A stretch of 64,000 nucleotides of DNA from the NCBI RefSeq assembly GCF_009914755.1, contig NC_060944.1; one strand, written 5' to 3'. Source of the stretch: the human T2T-CHM13v2.0 reference genome, Homo sapiens. The position numbers and the translations under genes were made by a program. Below are positions 20,252 through 38,497 of the stretch, in pieces. The notes beneath the pieces are model-generated. The model saw only the letters and a list, made by a program, of their open reading frames with translations, searched no databases and was not told where the DNA came from. The first letter of the stretch is position 1. Each line of letters starts with the position of its first letter.

Positions 20252-20545
20252 GGCTGGGTGTAGTGGCTGATGCCTGTAATCATAGTGCTTTGGGAGGCTA
20301 AGGTGGGGGATTGCTTAAGGCTAGGAGTTCAAGACCAGCCTGGGCAACATAGCAAGACTCTGACTCTGCAAAAAAATTCACAAATTAGTTGGGCGCGGTG
20401 GTTATATGCCTGTAGCCCTTGCTACTCAGGAGGCTGAAGCAGGAGGATCGCTTGAGCCCAGGAATTTGAGGCTGTGGTGAGCCATGATAATGCCACTACA
20501 CTCCAGCTTGGGCAATAGAGTGAGACCCCAACTTAAAAAAAAGAA
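20252..20545 (+). mobile_element. AluJ
   Basis: J-type dimer. Confidence 0.9.
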
Positions 20546-20758
20546 AGAATTATTGATGGGATTGTAAAGGCTGAATATTAAATAAATTCAGAGGAGGTTT
20601 TTACGGAACTTATTTGTGAAATATTTTTAAAGGAAGGAAGGCATGTTTGTTTTAGGTTTATAAGAGATGGCAGATTTAGGAAGCTCCTCCCTACTCCAGA
20701 TGAATAAGCCATCTGTTTTTCTATCCCTTTTAAGGATTTGCTTGGTGGGTTTCCATAA

Positions 20759-21058
20759 CTTTTTTTTTTTTGAGACTGGATCTTTTACCCACCCAGGCTG
20801 GCGGGCAGTGGCGCAATCATGGCTCACTGCAACTTCAATCTCCTGGGCTCCAGCAGTCCTCCCGCCTCAGTCTCTCTTGAGTAGCTAGGACCACAGACGC
20901 GTGCCACCATGCCCAGCCAATTTTTATTTATTTTTTTGTGTGTGTGGAGATAGGGTCTTTCTATGATGCCCCGGCTGGTCTTGAACTCCTGGGCTCAAGT
21001 GATCTTGCTTTGGCCTTATAAAGTGCTGGGATTACAGTTATGAGCCATGGCGCCCAGT
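20759..21058 (-). mobile_element. AluJ
   Basis: Antisense J-type dimer. Confidence 0.9.
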
Positions 21059-21235
21059 CTATGTATTCTTACAAAATTAAATTCATGTTAAGTGCTACAC
21101 TAGCAGAATTTTTAAAATTTTTAAATGATGCACAAATAGAGAAGAGAGAGTGCAAATTAACGAGAAATAGGCAAGACTAATTTGAAGAAAACTATGAAGC
21201 TTTACTGAAGGATTTTTTTAAAGATATAAAATGCT

Positions 21236-21532
21236 GGCCAGGCGCGGTGGCTCATGCCTATAATCCCAGCACTTTGGGAGGCCGAGGTGGGCGGATCGTG
21301 AGGTCAGGAGATCGAGACCATCCTGGCCAACATGGTGAAACTCCGTCTCTACTAAAATACAAAAAATTAGCCGGGCATGGTAGCGGATGCCTGCGGTCCC
21401 AGCTACTCGGGAGGCTGAGCTGGAAGAATCACTTGAACCCAGGAGGCAGAGTTGCAGTGAGCCGAGATCACACCACTGCATTCTAGCCTGGCTAGAGAGC
21501 AAGACTCCGTCTCAAAAAAAAAAAAAAAAAAA
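21236..21532 (+). mobile_element. AluSc-like
   Basis: gagatcgagaccatcctggccaac diagnostic. Confidence 0.9.
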
Positions 21533-21794
21533 GAATAGGCAAATAACTAGAGAAAAATAGTCCAGAAACAGACCTGAATATATATAGGAATTTAGAATAT
21601 GAAAGTGTCAGTGTGTAGGAAGGAGTGAAATGAAAAAAGAAAGAAAAAAGGAATATGTTGAAAGTGGCATTCAGAAATCAGGGAGAAAATGATCGATTAC
21701 TAAGAATGATCCTGTAACAGTGGGCTGTTTGGGGAAAAATACGTAAAGATTTCTAATTTAGACTATATTCAAATAATCACCAAATTATATAGAG

Positions 21795-22129
21795 CAGGGA
21801 TACCCAACCTCCAGGCCACAGACCATCCTGTTAGGAACTGGGCCACACAGCAGGATATGAACTTTAGGCCAGGGAACATTACACCTGAGCTCTGCCTCCT
21901 GTCAGATCAGCAGCAGCATTAGATTTTCATAGGAGCACAAACCCTACTGCGAACTGTACACTCCAGGGATCTAGGTTGTGTGCTCCTTATGAGAATCTAA
22001 TGCCTGATGATCTGAGGTGTTGCAGCTTCATCCCAAAATCTGAAACCATATCCTCCACCCCTCCATTTCATAGAAAAATTGTCTTCCACAAAACTGGTCC
22101 CTGGGTGCCAAAAAGATTGGAGACCGCTG
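21795..22129 (+). mobile_element. MER1B (hAT-Charlie MITE)
   Basis: CAGGG...CCCAACC and GATTGGAGACCGCTG termini; tgagaatctaatgcctgatgatctgagg core. Confidence 0.85.
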
Positions 22130-22374
22130 ATAATAGAGTATATATAATCAAATTACAGAAATAACCACACTCTATTCTTCCTCTAGAATATACTGAATGT
22201 TTCCTAAGAAAAGTTGAACACTCATGGCTGGTTGGCTGCTCTCTAGCACATCTTGCCTTCGTCTCTCACTAGTTGAATTTTACACTTCCAGGGGTCAGTA
22301 TGTTTGTTCCAAATCTGCTTATGCCAGTTACATTTAGTACTGTAATTTTATAATTTAATTAAACATTAACTAAT

Positions 22375-23180
<806 letters not shown>

Positions 23181-25122
23181 ACCAATCCCAGAAGGAGATA
23201 GAGGACAAGCTTTTATATGCTTCGGCTGAAGAAAACCTTTCTCCAAAGAAGTAATTATCTGATCCTCCTATAAAGGGCCAGATAGTAAATATTTTAGATT
23301 TTGCAGGCTGAAGTAGAATCAAGGGTAATACGTACGTTCTGATATAACAAGAGAGAAAACAAATTTTGAGAAATTTCTTAATTGATTAAATTCAAAATAA
23401 TAAACACAATTTATTGAAATACAGGTATACTAATGAGAAGAATGGAGTTCTTTTCGGAGTGATAACATTTTCTTAATTGGAGTTCAGAGTTAGTGCTTCC
23501 TATTCAATAAATAATCATCAAAATTGATTGCAAGTATTTATCTATTAATGCAGGTCTGTAATGAGGTTTTATATATTTCATCTTTGACATGTCTTCACAC
23601 ATACATGTCAAATAATTGATACCAGCCCATAAACATATGATTTTAATTGAGCATATTAATAACTCAGGAAGCATTTATAGAATTAGGTTTTTCTTATAAC
23701 ATTTACCTTTTAGTATATTATTCATTGCTGCTTAATTACTTCCAATGGAAGGTTAGACAGAAGCTCCACAATTGCACTGTTAAATAGATACTGAAATATA
23801 GATATTTCCTTGTGCATTAAGGTCCTAAAAATTATTCTGGAAATGTAGTGTGAGCTAAGAAACTATATCCACTGCAAATTTGTTTGGGAATGGAGATCTC
23901 ACTTCTTGTTTTAACTTTTGATAGCATGTAAAGTGTATAAAGCAGCTCAACGTTGCTTATGATTCAAAAGTTAGTTGTCTAAATAACAACAGTTTAAGTT
24001 TCATATATAAGTGTTGTTCTGTCCTGTAATTTTAAGTTGAATTTACTATTATAAAATTAGCAAAAGCTAATTCTCAAAGCCATTTATTGTTTGATCATAG
24101 TGTCTGAAAGCAGTCTTATTGTTGTGAAAAATTTCAATCTCAGTTCCAAGCTGAAAAGAAAAAAAAAAAAGCATGATAAAACTTTAGTACAGCTCAGCCG
24201 TCAAACTGCTGTGTGCCTGGGCAAGTCAGGTTATTCAGCTTCTGTTTCTGACAATGGTTAAGCCCATGGCAGTGAATGAAATTCACCATTAACATGGTTG
24301 GTTTAATAATTCATGATAAATTCAGATATTTTTCATAGAATATCTATTGATAAAAAACATGAATAACCACCTTACATTTTCACGTTTTATAAATCACCCA
24401 ACTAAGCCTTTTTCTGCTTCACACATATTTTTACCATTATCAATGATAACGTATCTGAGATTCCACTTTAGGTTATATGGAATTAGTACTTTTTCACCTT
24501 CTTGTTTGTAGTTGTTCAACACAGACTATTCATAGAAGCTAATTCTTCAGTTGTTTTAAACTTGGCACTGACTCCTTGAATAAACATCTGAACAGTGTTG
24601 TAACATCTATCAAACTCATTCAAAAGAGATGGAAATCTACTTAACCTCAATTGCCTTGGTTTTTTTTTTAAACAGATTATTGATCTTGCTCCTAATATTT
24701 TCGACTTTTAGAGCAAATGATTTTGTTGAAAGGCTAATAGTCTTTTTTTCTTTTTAAATTATCTTATATTAAATTTAAAAAATAATTTTTTTGTTACCTG
24801 TCTGGAGAAAGCCTAGAGAAAGGCTAATTAATACTCTTAAACAAGTTTATTTTCTCTGGATACATTTCTTCAGCTTCTTCATGATTTAATTCACTTATCA
24901 CTAGAATATTACTTTTCTTGCTTTGCTAACAAATGAGCTACTTAGAAACTTCCCTCCTTTACAAACTTTCTATTCCTTACCTTCCCTCCTTGCTGTAATG
25001 AAATATTCCACTTTAAATTTTCAAATTTTTCTGACCATTGCTTTCCTGTGAATCGGAAATACTGTGATCGGTCCTTAGTTTGGTAACATTGATGTATTTT
25101 GAATTCTTTTAGCACAGACAGA

Positions 25123-25610
<488 letters not shown>

Positions 25611-26023
25611 ACATGACATTCAAAGTGCATTTGTTTTTGTTTCGACATGATGGTTATGCACTAATAACTAATGATAGTTATGTACTAATAAAATGTCAAA
25701 ATAATAACGACTTTTAGTTACTGATAACAGTTATGCATTAATAAAAAATAAAATGTCACAGTATGACAATATGCATGTGTGGCACCAAACATGCTGTTGA
25801 GTTATAACTTTGTGACTGTGATTTGTGGGATACTGAGCAGCAGTGGAAAGCTATATAAGCCACTCCACTCTGCCAGTCAGTACAGTGGCTGATTACCAAT
25901 TATGGATAACCAGAACACATCAAAAAGCAGTTCAACAAGGATCAGAATAATAACATGTAAGTACCATTTATTAAGTAGTTATGTGTAAGGCACTGTGTCA
26001 GACTGTATAATGTACATTATTTA

Positions 26024-27902
<1,879 letters not shown>

Positions 27903-28746
27903 ATCTTATAAATAATTTTGATGTTAGGAATTTTTAGTTGCTTTTATTTTTATTTTTGTTGTTTTAAATATTTATTAATAGAAGCAAGGGGTGGATAAAT
28001 CTTCTAGATCAAACTCTTCCTTAAAATAGTTCTGCTTTTGGTAGGATTCCAGATTTTCCTAGTTTTGTTAAGTGTTTCTAATGATGTTTGGCATAGGTGT
28101 TAACTTCATGGGCCTGTTGTATACAAACCAATTTTTTTCTTGCTCTGAGTGAACAGTAACAGAACCTGGTAGGTGAGTCACACTGATACTGCATTCACTG
28201 AAGTTACTAAGCTGAATGATAAGAGATGAGAATCCTTTGCATTTGTATTCAAATCAAGAGTTGTAGAATTTGAAATTCCTGTTTTGATGAACTATGTGAA
28301 GCATGCTGTCATTCTTCTCTGCTAGTCTATGTTGATGATGTCATTAAACTAGTCTTTGACTTTTAGTTCTTGGCTTAAAATATTGGAATGATTATATAAT
28401 AAATAGGTTTATTTCATGTGGAAAAGGAATAATGTGTTTGCCCTGAAATAGTCTGATCTGATCAGGAGGATATTATGCTGAGCATGGCTGGAAATAAATT
28501 TGTAGCACCAATTAAATACACTGTAGCAGCTCTGAGAGGGAATAAAAGTAAAATATAAATAGTAAATATGAGAGAAAGTGACTATGGGATCTAACTATGT
28601 AAGAGCAGGGTGGGAGTATGGGTAGATACGTACATGCCCCCTAGATTTTAGGAAAGCATATTTCAAGAAGTAGAGAAGACATGGATATCAATCAGTGGAA
28701 ATCGTATACTAAAACGGAAGTCAGTGAAAAAAAAAGACTGCTCTCA

Positions 28747-29100
<354 letters not shown>

Positions 29101-29178
29101 AAATTTTGAAAATATACAGAAGTATAGAAAAACTGAAGTAATTTAATTTGTGTTAAAATCTGTTTGGTATTAAAACTA

Positions 29179-29502
<324 letters not shown>

Positions 29503-29554
29503 TTATGAAAAAGCTCTTTAATTTTTCGTGACCAAACTGCTATTCTCTAGACCT

Positions 29555-29656
29555 ACACTGTCCAAAATGATAGCCATTAGCCATGTGTGCTACTGTGTTG
29601 GACAGCACGTATTTAGAACATTTCCAACATCACAAAAGTTCTATTGCAGAATGCTA
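29555..29656. mobile_element. MER3-like hAT MITE, internally deleted
   Basis: cactgtccaa...tagccattagcc and tagaacatttccaacatcacaaaagttctatt. Confidence 0.6.
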
Positions 29657-29940
29657 TGAAAATGAGATACACTTTCATTAGAAAAGCTAGTAAAAATAAG
29701 TAGGGGTAATGGGGTACTTTGACTATCCAGAAATTTTACTAAGGAAGAATTAGATTTTTATAATACTGGGACATTAGTGTGCACTTTTTTTGTCGTAATT
29801 GCATTTTGTTTTTTATTTTGAAATAAATACATGTACAGAAAAATTGCAAGAATAGTTACAGAGTCTTTTCGCTCCCTGAACCATTAGAGAGTGAGCCCCA
29901 TCAGCCCCAAATACTTTAATGAGCATTAAATCTGGAGTTT

Positions 29941-30243
29941 GGCCGGGCACGGTGGCTCACGCCTGTAATCCCAGCACTTTAGGATGACGAGGTGGGCAGA
30001 TCATTTGAGGTCAGGAGTTTGAGACCAGCTTGGCCAACATGATGAAAACCTGTCTCCACTAAAAATACAAAAAAATGAGCCGAGCTTGGTGGTGCACACC
30101 TGTAATCCCAGCTACTCAGGAGGCTGAGGCATGAGAATCACTTGAACCTAGGAGGCGGAGGTTGCAGTGAGCTGAGATTGTGTCACTGCATTCCAGCCTG
30201 GGTGACAGAGTGAGACCCTGTCTCCAAAAATAAAATAAAATAA
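29941..30243 (+). mobile_element. AluS
   Basis: TSD taaatctggagttt. Confidence 0.92.
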
Positions 30244-31289
30244 ATCTGGAGTTTAATACCAGTACAGTACTACCAGCTTATCTTCAGGCCCCATTCGAGT
30301 TATTCTAGTTGTCCCCAAAAGGTGAAGGATCCAGTTTAAAATCACACATTGCATTTAGTTGTCATGTCTGTCTTTGACTTGATCGCCTTGACACTTTTGA
30401 AGATTACAGGCTCATTATTTTGAGGAAGTCATTAACATGGACCTGATGTTTCTTCATCTTTAGATTCAGATTATGCATTTTATCAGAATTGCCACATAAA
30501 TTGTGCTGTGTTCTTATTTTATCCATCCAGGTACTACATAATTTCCATGTGTCCCATTTTTCTTGATGTTAACCTTGGTCACTTGATTAAGATTGTGTCT
30601 GCCAGTTTTCTCTACCATACATTTAACTATTTTTTCCTTTATAATCAGTATTTTATGAGGAGGAGGAGGAGGTACTTTGAGACAATGTAAGTATCCCATT
30701 CCTCATCAAACTTTCACCTTCTAGTTTTAGCACCCATTGAAATTTTTTTGCTGGATTATTGGTATGATGGCTGCCAAATGATGATTTTCTAATTTCATCA
30801 TCCCTTCTACATCCATTCATTGACATTTCATTGAAAGGAAAAACTGTTTTCTTCCCATTTATTTAACTTATATCAATATGGACTTACGGATTCATATTTT
30901 ATTCAATAAGTTATCTATTAGTGTACTTTGGTACTTTGATGCTGAGTTTGTCCCAGATTTGGTCAGTGGAAACCCTGTCAAGCTGGCTTCTGTATCCTTT
31001 TGACATTGTCCTATCATTCTTTGATCACTTTCCTCTTTCTGGGACCAGATATGATCAAAGCCCTTCTTATACTTTTCCTGCCCTACCTCTGGAATCATTT
31101 CACCAAGGTACCCTGGTTCCCTTTATTGAAGAATGTATTTAGAGGTTAGGTCTGGACAGTAGATGGCATTGTTCCACTGAGGTGTCACTGCTCCTAGACT
31201 TTCTCAGCAGACAGAGCTAGAGCATATATGCATGTATATACATACACAAACATACATCCACACACATAGACTCATTTTTTTATTTCTTG

Positions 31290-31292
<3 letters not shown>

Positions 31293-31327
<35 letters not shown>
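31293..31327. repeat. (TG)n microsatellite
   Basis: About 17 TG units. Confidence 0.95.
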
Positions 31328-31330
<3 letters not shown>

Positions 31331-31585
31331 GTGAGTTCACACTGGTACCTAGTACCTCAACACCTCAGAGTTCATTTTATTTTTCTTCCTTTTTGTATTT
31401 GTAACTCCCTTCTCTGACAGAGAAACTGGGCCCCAGTTTTTCTTAATATATTACTATTTACTTAATTGATCAATCCCCTTGAATGTGCCCAGTCTTTCCT
31501 TTCCTTATCAGATCATGTGCATGCTAACCTTGCTCAGCCCCACCTAATGGTTTTTAGACTGAATTATTTGGAGACGAAAAAAGTA

Positions 31586-31855
31586 CGGTTGATGCTCATT
31601 AGTCACAGATTTTTTTTATTTGCAAATTCACCTACTTGCTAAAATTTATGTGTAACCCCAAAATCTGTACTCGTAGCACTTTTATGGTCATTCATGAACA
31701 CGTACAGAAGGGTAAAACATTTGAGTCGCTATTGGGTAACGTGTATTCCTAGGTGAGGCCAAGCAAGGCAGTCTACTGCCTTCTTCTTTGAGTCCTCATA
31801 CTATAAATAGTTGTCCCTTTTGCAGTTTACTTAGCGCCACATATTTTGCATTTTG
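31586..31855 (+). mobile_element. MER82 (TcMar-Tigger) 5' fragment
   Basis: atttgcaaattcacctacttgctaaaatttatgtgtaaccccaaaatc. Confidence 0.75.
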
Positions 31856-31927
31856 ACTTCTTTTACTTAGCATGTGTTTTCAAGTTCCATCCATGTTTAT
31901 AGCATGTATCAGTACTTCATTCTTCTT

Positions 31928-32103
31928 CTTTTTTTTTTTTAAAGAGTTGGGGGTCTCACTGTGTTGCAGGCTGGAATACAGTGGCTATTCACATAGGCCA
32001 TCATAGCATGCTGTAGCCTCAAACTTTCACTGGGCTCAAGTAATCCTCCCACCTCAGCCTCCCAAGTAGCTGAGATTAGAGGTGTGGGCCACTGTACCAG
32101 GTT
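31928..32103 (-). mobile_element. FAM (fossil Alu monomer)
   Basis: 7SL-like cagtggctattcaca...atcatagc segment, absent from dimeric Alus. Confidence 0.75.
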
Positions 32104-32556
32104 CCTTCCTTTCTAAGGCTGAATAATAGTTCATTGTATGTATAATACCACATTTTGTTTATCTATTCATCCAATAATGGGCATTTAGGTTATTTCCACC
32201 ATTTGGCTATCTTTTGAAAATCTTTTCATGTGCTTGTTGGCCATTAGTATATATTCTTTGGAGAAATGTCTCTTAAATTCTTTGCCTATTTTTTAAATTG
32301 GGGGGAAGTTGTCTTTTTTTGTTACTGAATTGTAAGAGTTCTTTATCTATTCTGATAACTAGACCCTTATCAGATACATGATATCTGATTAACACATAGT
32401 TTCTTGCATCCCATAGGTTGTCTTTCAAAATTTTGACGAATTCCAATTTGTCAGTTTTGTTGCTTATGATTTTTAGTGTCATATCTAAGAATCCATTTTC
32501 AAATTCAGTGTCATGAAGATTTACCTATGTTTTCTTCTAAGAATTTTATAGTTTTA

Positions 32557-33195
<639 letters not shown>

Positions 33196-33339
33196 AAGTT
33201 AATTTTTATATATGGTATGAGGTAAGGATTCATTCTTTTGCATGTGAATATCCAGTTGTCCCAGTGCCATTTGTTGAAGAGCCTGTTCTTTCCCCATTGA
33301 ATGTTGTCTTAGCACTCTTTCCAAAAATTAGTTGACCAT

Positions 33340-33572
33340 AGGGCATGGTGGCTCATGCTTATAATCCAAGAGCTTTGGAAGGCCCAGATGAAAAGATTAC
33401 TTAAGGCCAGTATTTCATCACCAGCCAGCCATGGTGGTGTGTGCTTCTGGGAGGGTGAGGCAGAAAGATGGCTTGAGCTCGGGTGTTGAAGGCTGCAGTG
33501 AGCTCTGATTGTGCCACTGCACTCCAGCCTGGGTGACAGAGTGAGACACTGTCTCTAAAAAATAGAATAATA
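33340..33572 (+). mobile_element. AluJ, internally deleted
   Basis: TSD aaaaat(t/c)agttgac(c/t)atag. Confidence 0.82.
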
Positions 33573-33694
33573 AAAATCAGTTGACTATAGATTTGTGGAT
33601 TTATTTCTGAACTCATTTAAAACTATTCCATTGATCTATATATCACTCCTTATACCATTACCACACAGCTTTGGTTACCGGTGCTTTGCAATAA

Positions 33695-34095
<401 letters not shown>

Positions 34096-34540
34096 CTTTT
34101 TTATTTTTGAAAAAATAAATAAATAAATAAAGACATAAGATGTCTTTCCATTTATTTAGGGTCTCCTTGTTCTTGGAGGTAGATTTTCTCTGATCTATTT
34201 TCATTGAGACCTTGGGCCTTAAGAGAGCCACAATTTCATGAGAGATTATTTCTCTGGAGCCCTTCCTACCCTTCTCCTATTTCCTGTCTCCTTTCCTCCC
34301 TTGTTATTCAAAAGTCTTAACAAATGCTCCTGGGCCCAATACAGAGGTCAGCTCACACTTCCAGCCTTAGCTTTGGTTCACTTTTTGCTTTCTTGCCACT
34401 GGTAGTTTTCCCTCCTCTCTTAAGAACTTAGCTAAGCTTTTCAAAGGATGTTTGCATTTATCCAACATTTCTAGATTTTGGTAGCTGGAGAGTTTTAATA
34501 ATTTTCTAGATTGCTGTTTTACTAGATTAGAAAAAGATAG

Positions 34541-34959
34541 AGCTGGGTGTAGTGGCACATGCCTGTAATCCCAGCTACTCCAGAGGCTGAAGTGGGAGGA
34601 TTGCTTGAGCCTGGGAGTTAGACCAACCTGGGCAACATAGTGAGACCTATCTCAAAAAAAAAAGTAAGACTTTAGGGCGCAGTGTAATCCCAGCACTTTT
34701 GGAGACCGAGGCGGGTGGATCTCGAGGTCAGGAGTTCAAGACAAGCCTGGCCAAGATTGTGAAACCCCGTTTCTACTAAAAATACAAAACTTAGCTGGGC
34801 AGAGTGGCAGGCGCCTGTAATCCCAGCTACTCTGGAGGCTGAAGAAGAGAATCACTTGAACCCGGGTGGCAGAGGTTTCAGTGAGCCGAGATTGCACCAC
34901 TGCACTCCAGCCTGGGCGATAGAGTGAGACTCTGTCTCAAAAAAAAAAAAAAAAAAAAA
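34541..34959 (+). mobile_element. FLAM (34541-34663) plus AluS (34675-34959)
   Basis: Monomer followed by dimer. Confidence 0.88.
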
Positions 34960-35049
34960 GACAGTGTTTTTTAAAGATGGAGTTTAGTATACAGAAATAT
35001 TGGGTGTCAGGCAAAGTATTAATTACTTTGTACGTATTCTCTTTTCCTT

Positions 35050-35167
35050 CTTTTTTTTAAAACGAGACAGGGTGACCAGGCTAAACTCTGACTGTTGGGC
35101 TCAAGTGATCCTGCCTTAGCCTCTGGAGTAGCTGGGCATTACAGGCACATGCCACTGTGCCCGGCTA
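35050..35167 (-). mobile_element. FLAM
   Basis: Degenerate antisense monomer. Confidence 0.75.
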
Positions 35168-35639
35168 CATACTCACTTATAAAACTCTATTTTTAAATGA
35201 CAGCTCCTCTTTACAAAATAGATCAGGAGAGCGATTTTCCTGTCTGCTTCCTGAGGAAGCAAAAAGGCAGAAACATGGTGAGCAGCAAGACCAGTGGTTG
35301 CCGTAGTAAGCATGGGACTTCCTATGAATGGCTCTGTTAACAGTAGGGGATGGTAATGTTCTTTGATTTGTGGACTCTGTTTGATTTGTGGACAAGGTTT
35401 TATTTCCTGTCTTTGGGGTAGGAGGGTCTGCCATATCCACAAATTGGCTCTTCCCATTTGTTGTATTCATTTAGTTAGACCATGATTGGAAAGCCTCACT
35501 GGCTGTGCACATTGCACCATACTTAGGAATATATGACGGTTATACATTTCAAACAGGGCTTTAAAACCTTCCATTCAGCTCCTTTTGGATAAAGCTCTTT
35601 TCCTCATGTGGTTGTTGACATACATGAATTATAGGCTTT

Positions 35640-35890
35640 GTTTAGCTAGTGGGTAAGAGCAGATTTTGGAGTCATGTACACCTGGGTTTGAGTTTCAGTC
35701 TTGCCATGTACCAGTTGTTTGTGGACAAGTTATTTATTAATAACTACTCTGTACCATAGTTTCTTCATTGGTAGTATCTTCAAAATGAAGTATCTATTTC
35801 CTGTGCTGTTTTGAAGGTAACCTTAAATAATGTGCATTGTACAATTTGATACAGTGTCTGACACGTAGTAAATACTTTAATATATAATAC
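35640..35890 (+). mobile_element. MIR
   Basis: cctgggtttgagt...ggacaagtta...gtttcttcatt...acgtagtaaatact. Confidence 0.7.
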
Positions 35891-36397
35891 CTGTTTTTAT
35901 TCTGATCCTTGTTGAGCTGCTGCTTTTTGATGTGTTGATTATATATAATTGGTAATCATCCATTTTACTGACATCTTCCAAGATTTGACCAAGTTGATTG
36001 TCTCAAATTTCCAAGCAGAAAAAGTACCCAGAAAACAGAAATTAAGCAGTTATTAAAGAATCGAATAGCAATGATCATTACGACTTGTGCTTAATAAGAA
36101 ATGTGGGCCATGTCTGCCTGAGCCTTTATTTAATGCATTTTAAAATTTGCTGGGTTTTTTCCTCCCTTTAAACCTTACTATCAGGTTCAGTAATAAGTTA
36201 AACTAAAAAGAAACGGATGCCTTAGAATAAAGAAAGATTCAAATTAATAGGATATATAATGGCCTTTCATGGTGGTGGAATTTCTGTGTGTTTTGAACTA
36301 AGGGAAAGACTTAAAGGAAGATTGCCTACAGTGTACTGGACACTTTGCTAGGCTCTGTGGATATTATCAAGACACAGTCCTTACCCTCAAGGATCTT

Positions 36398-36487
36398 TTT
36401 ATTTTTCTTTTAGAGACGGGATCTTGCCCTGCCACCCAGGCTGGAGTGCAGTAGCAAAATCATAGTTCACTGCAACCTCCACTCACT
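36398..36487 (-). mobile_element. 5'-truncated Alu (~90 bp)
   Basis: TSD CTCAAGGATCTT at 36386-36397 and 36488-36499. Confidence 0.85.
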
Positions 36488-36652
36488 CTCAAGGATCTTA
36501 CTCTCAGCTGGGGGAGGCCATAAACAGTTAAAGTAGCTTACTCTCAGCTGGGGGAGGCCATAAACAGTTAAAGAGTTAATGATTGACTCTAGGGCTAAGG
36601 GAAAGAAAGTAATTGGGTCAACTAGGATTTCTAGCTTGGCAAGGGGGTAGAC

Positions 36653-36960
36653 CTGGATTGGCAAACTACAACCCAATGCCAGTTTTTGCATAGCCCACAA
36701 ACTACAAATGTTTCTTACATCTTTGAGTGGTTGGAAAAATATCAAAAGAAGAATACTATTTTGTAACGTGGAAATTATATAAAATTAACATTTACATGTT
36801 CATAAATAAGGTTTTATTAGAATATAGCTATGCTGAAACTACATATCTATGACTGCTTTTTTGTCACAACAGCAGAGATGAGTAATTGTGACAAAGGCTG
36901 TTTGGCCTGCAGAGCCAAACATTTACTGTGTGGCTCTTTACAGAAAAAGTTTGCTAACTC
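36653..36960. mobile_element. MER58B (hAT-Charlie MITE)
   Basis: ttggcaaactac...acagcagagatgagta...ctttacagaaaaagtttgctaac. Confidence 0.8.
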
Positions 36961-37185
36961 AATGAGTAGGTGGTAATTTTTATCCATTGAAACAAGCAAT
37001 TAAGGAAGAACAGATACAGGAGAAGATAACATTTCTGTGAGTGTTGATTATTTGAATCAGAGGTACTTGTGAATATGCAGGTCTAGAAGGCAAGGGAATT
37101 TATAGGTTTGGAGTTTGGAAAGAGCTTGAGGCTGGAAATGGATGTGGGAGGAAAGGAGGAGATCAAGAAGACTGGATGGAGGAGT

Positions 37186-37370
37186 GCAATTTTTAGCCCT
37201 GTCTGCACATTGGAATCACCTGTAGTGCTTAAAACCAAACAAAACCAGACAGACATTTCCAGGAACCCAACCCCAACTCCCTCTTTCCCAAGATTATGAT
37301 GCACCTGAGCTGGACTTGGGCACCAGAATTTTTTGAAAGCTCCCCCAGCAACTCTAATGTGCAGCCACTG
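37186..37370. mobile_element. MER5A-type MITE
   Basis: ctgcacattggaatcacctg...ctctaatgtgcagcca. Confidence 0.7.
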
Positions 37371-38497
37371 GTACAGAGTGAGAAGATTGGAAGATGGGAC
37401 ACCAGGAACACCAACATTTAAGGGATAGTTCTAGGTGCTTCTGCTGAGGAGAGGAAATTCTGAGGGAGTGATGATGGGAATTTTAGGGTGGTCAGATCCT
37501 GTAATTTGAGATCATTGTTGACTGATGAATCAAGAGCAGTTTCTGTAGAGGCCAGGTGAGGGTGTATGTCAGAGGCCCCTGGTTTGAGGTGGGAGAGTAT
37601 GAACTATTGAGAATATTGACCGGGAGGAAAGGGGGGAAAGTGATGGCTGGGATGGGGGGCATTGGGAATGTAGTTTGTTCTAGAGAGGTTTTTTTAAGAT
37701 GTTAAAGCCTTGAGGCTATTTATGTGCTGAGGGAGTGAGTACTCAGAAAGAAAGCCTGGAATGGCAGTATCAGATGCCACCATTCAGTTTTCATGATGGA
37801 GTGAAGGGCTAGATTTTGAATAGTTCTTGGAATAATCTTAATATTGTAACCTTTTTGGAACTGTTTGCTTAATGTGCTTTCTTCATTTAGGTGCATTACA
37901 TTGTACCTGGAAAGAGAAATGGACCCAGGCATTGAGAAGCAAGGCCAACAACTCTGCTTTGCTTGCCCGGTTACTGTCGTTCTGTCTGGGACATTGGTCT
38001 CATCTCTGAAAGCAGGAGGGCAAACTGAATGGGCTCTGTAGTCTCTTCTAAAAGTTTTTAGTTTAAACTATTAATAGTACAACTTTGATTTAACAAATGA
38101 GGAAGCTGAGCTTACGAGATGTCTGTGAAGCCCATTGTCTGATCTTTTATTTCCTTAGTACCTGGGAATGCGCTTTTTTTTTTTTTTTTTTTTGAAGAAC
38201 ACCAACAGTTGTTCACCCTTCCTTGAATTTGGGTACACTGTATATACAGAGTATACCAATTTAGCCTGCCATTAGAACATGTCTTCACGAGCAAAATCTA
38301 GTATAAAGTCTTACTTTAATATTTTCTTTATTATGTATAAATAATAGATGGTTGTTATGGAATACTGGATAGTACAAAAGTTTAGAATTTTTAACATTTT
38401 GGTTTATTTATTGGGACTCTTTTTTCCCCCCAGTGATTCTTGTTTCTCCAACAATGTGAATGCGCACTCCATTCAGTGTGAACGTGAATGTTAATTT

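Larger units (their letters stand above)
29805..31500 (-). mobile_element. L1MC4/5-like fragment
   Basis: Antisense L1MC 3' motifs (acagaaaaattgcaagaatagt; cagatttggtcagtggaaaccc). Confidence 0.65.
36325..37720 (-). mobile_element. L2 fragments, interrupted
   Basis: Antisense L2 motifs (agacacagtccttaccctcaagga; ggaacaccaacatttaagg). Confidence 0.55.

Noticed and set aside
28140-28180. Donor-like TAG|GTGAGT near 28172
   Set aside because: No convincing paired acceptor or exon could be defined from sequence alone.
37622-37666. G-run cluster (possible G-quadruplex); similar at ~63056-63086
   Set aside because: Long, irregular loops; such motifs are common and nothing else supports function.
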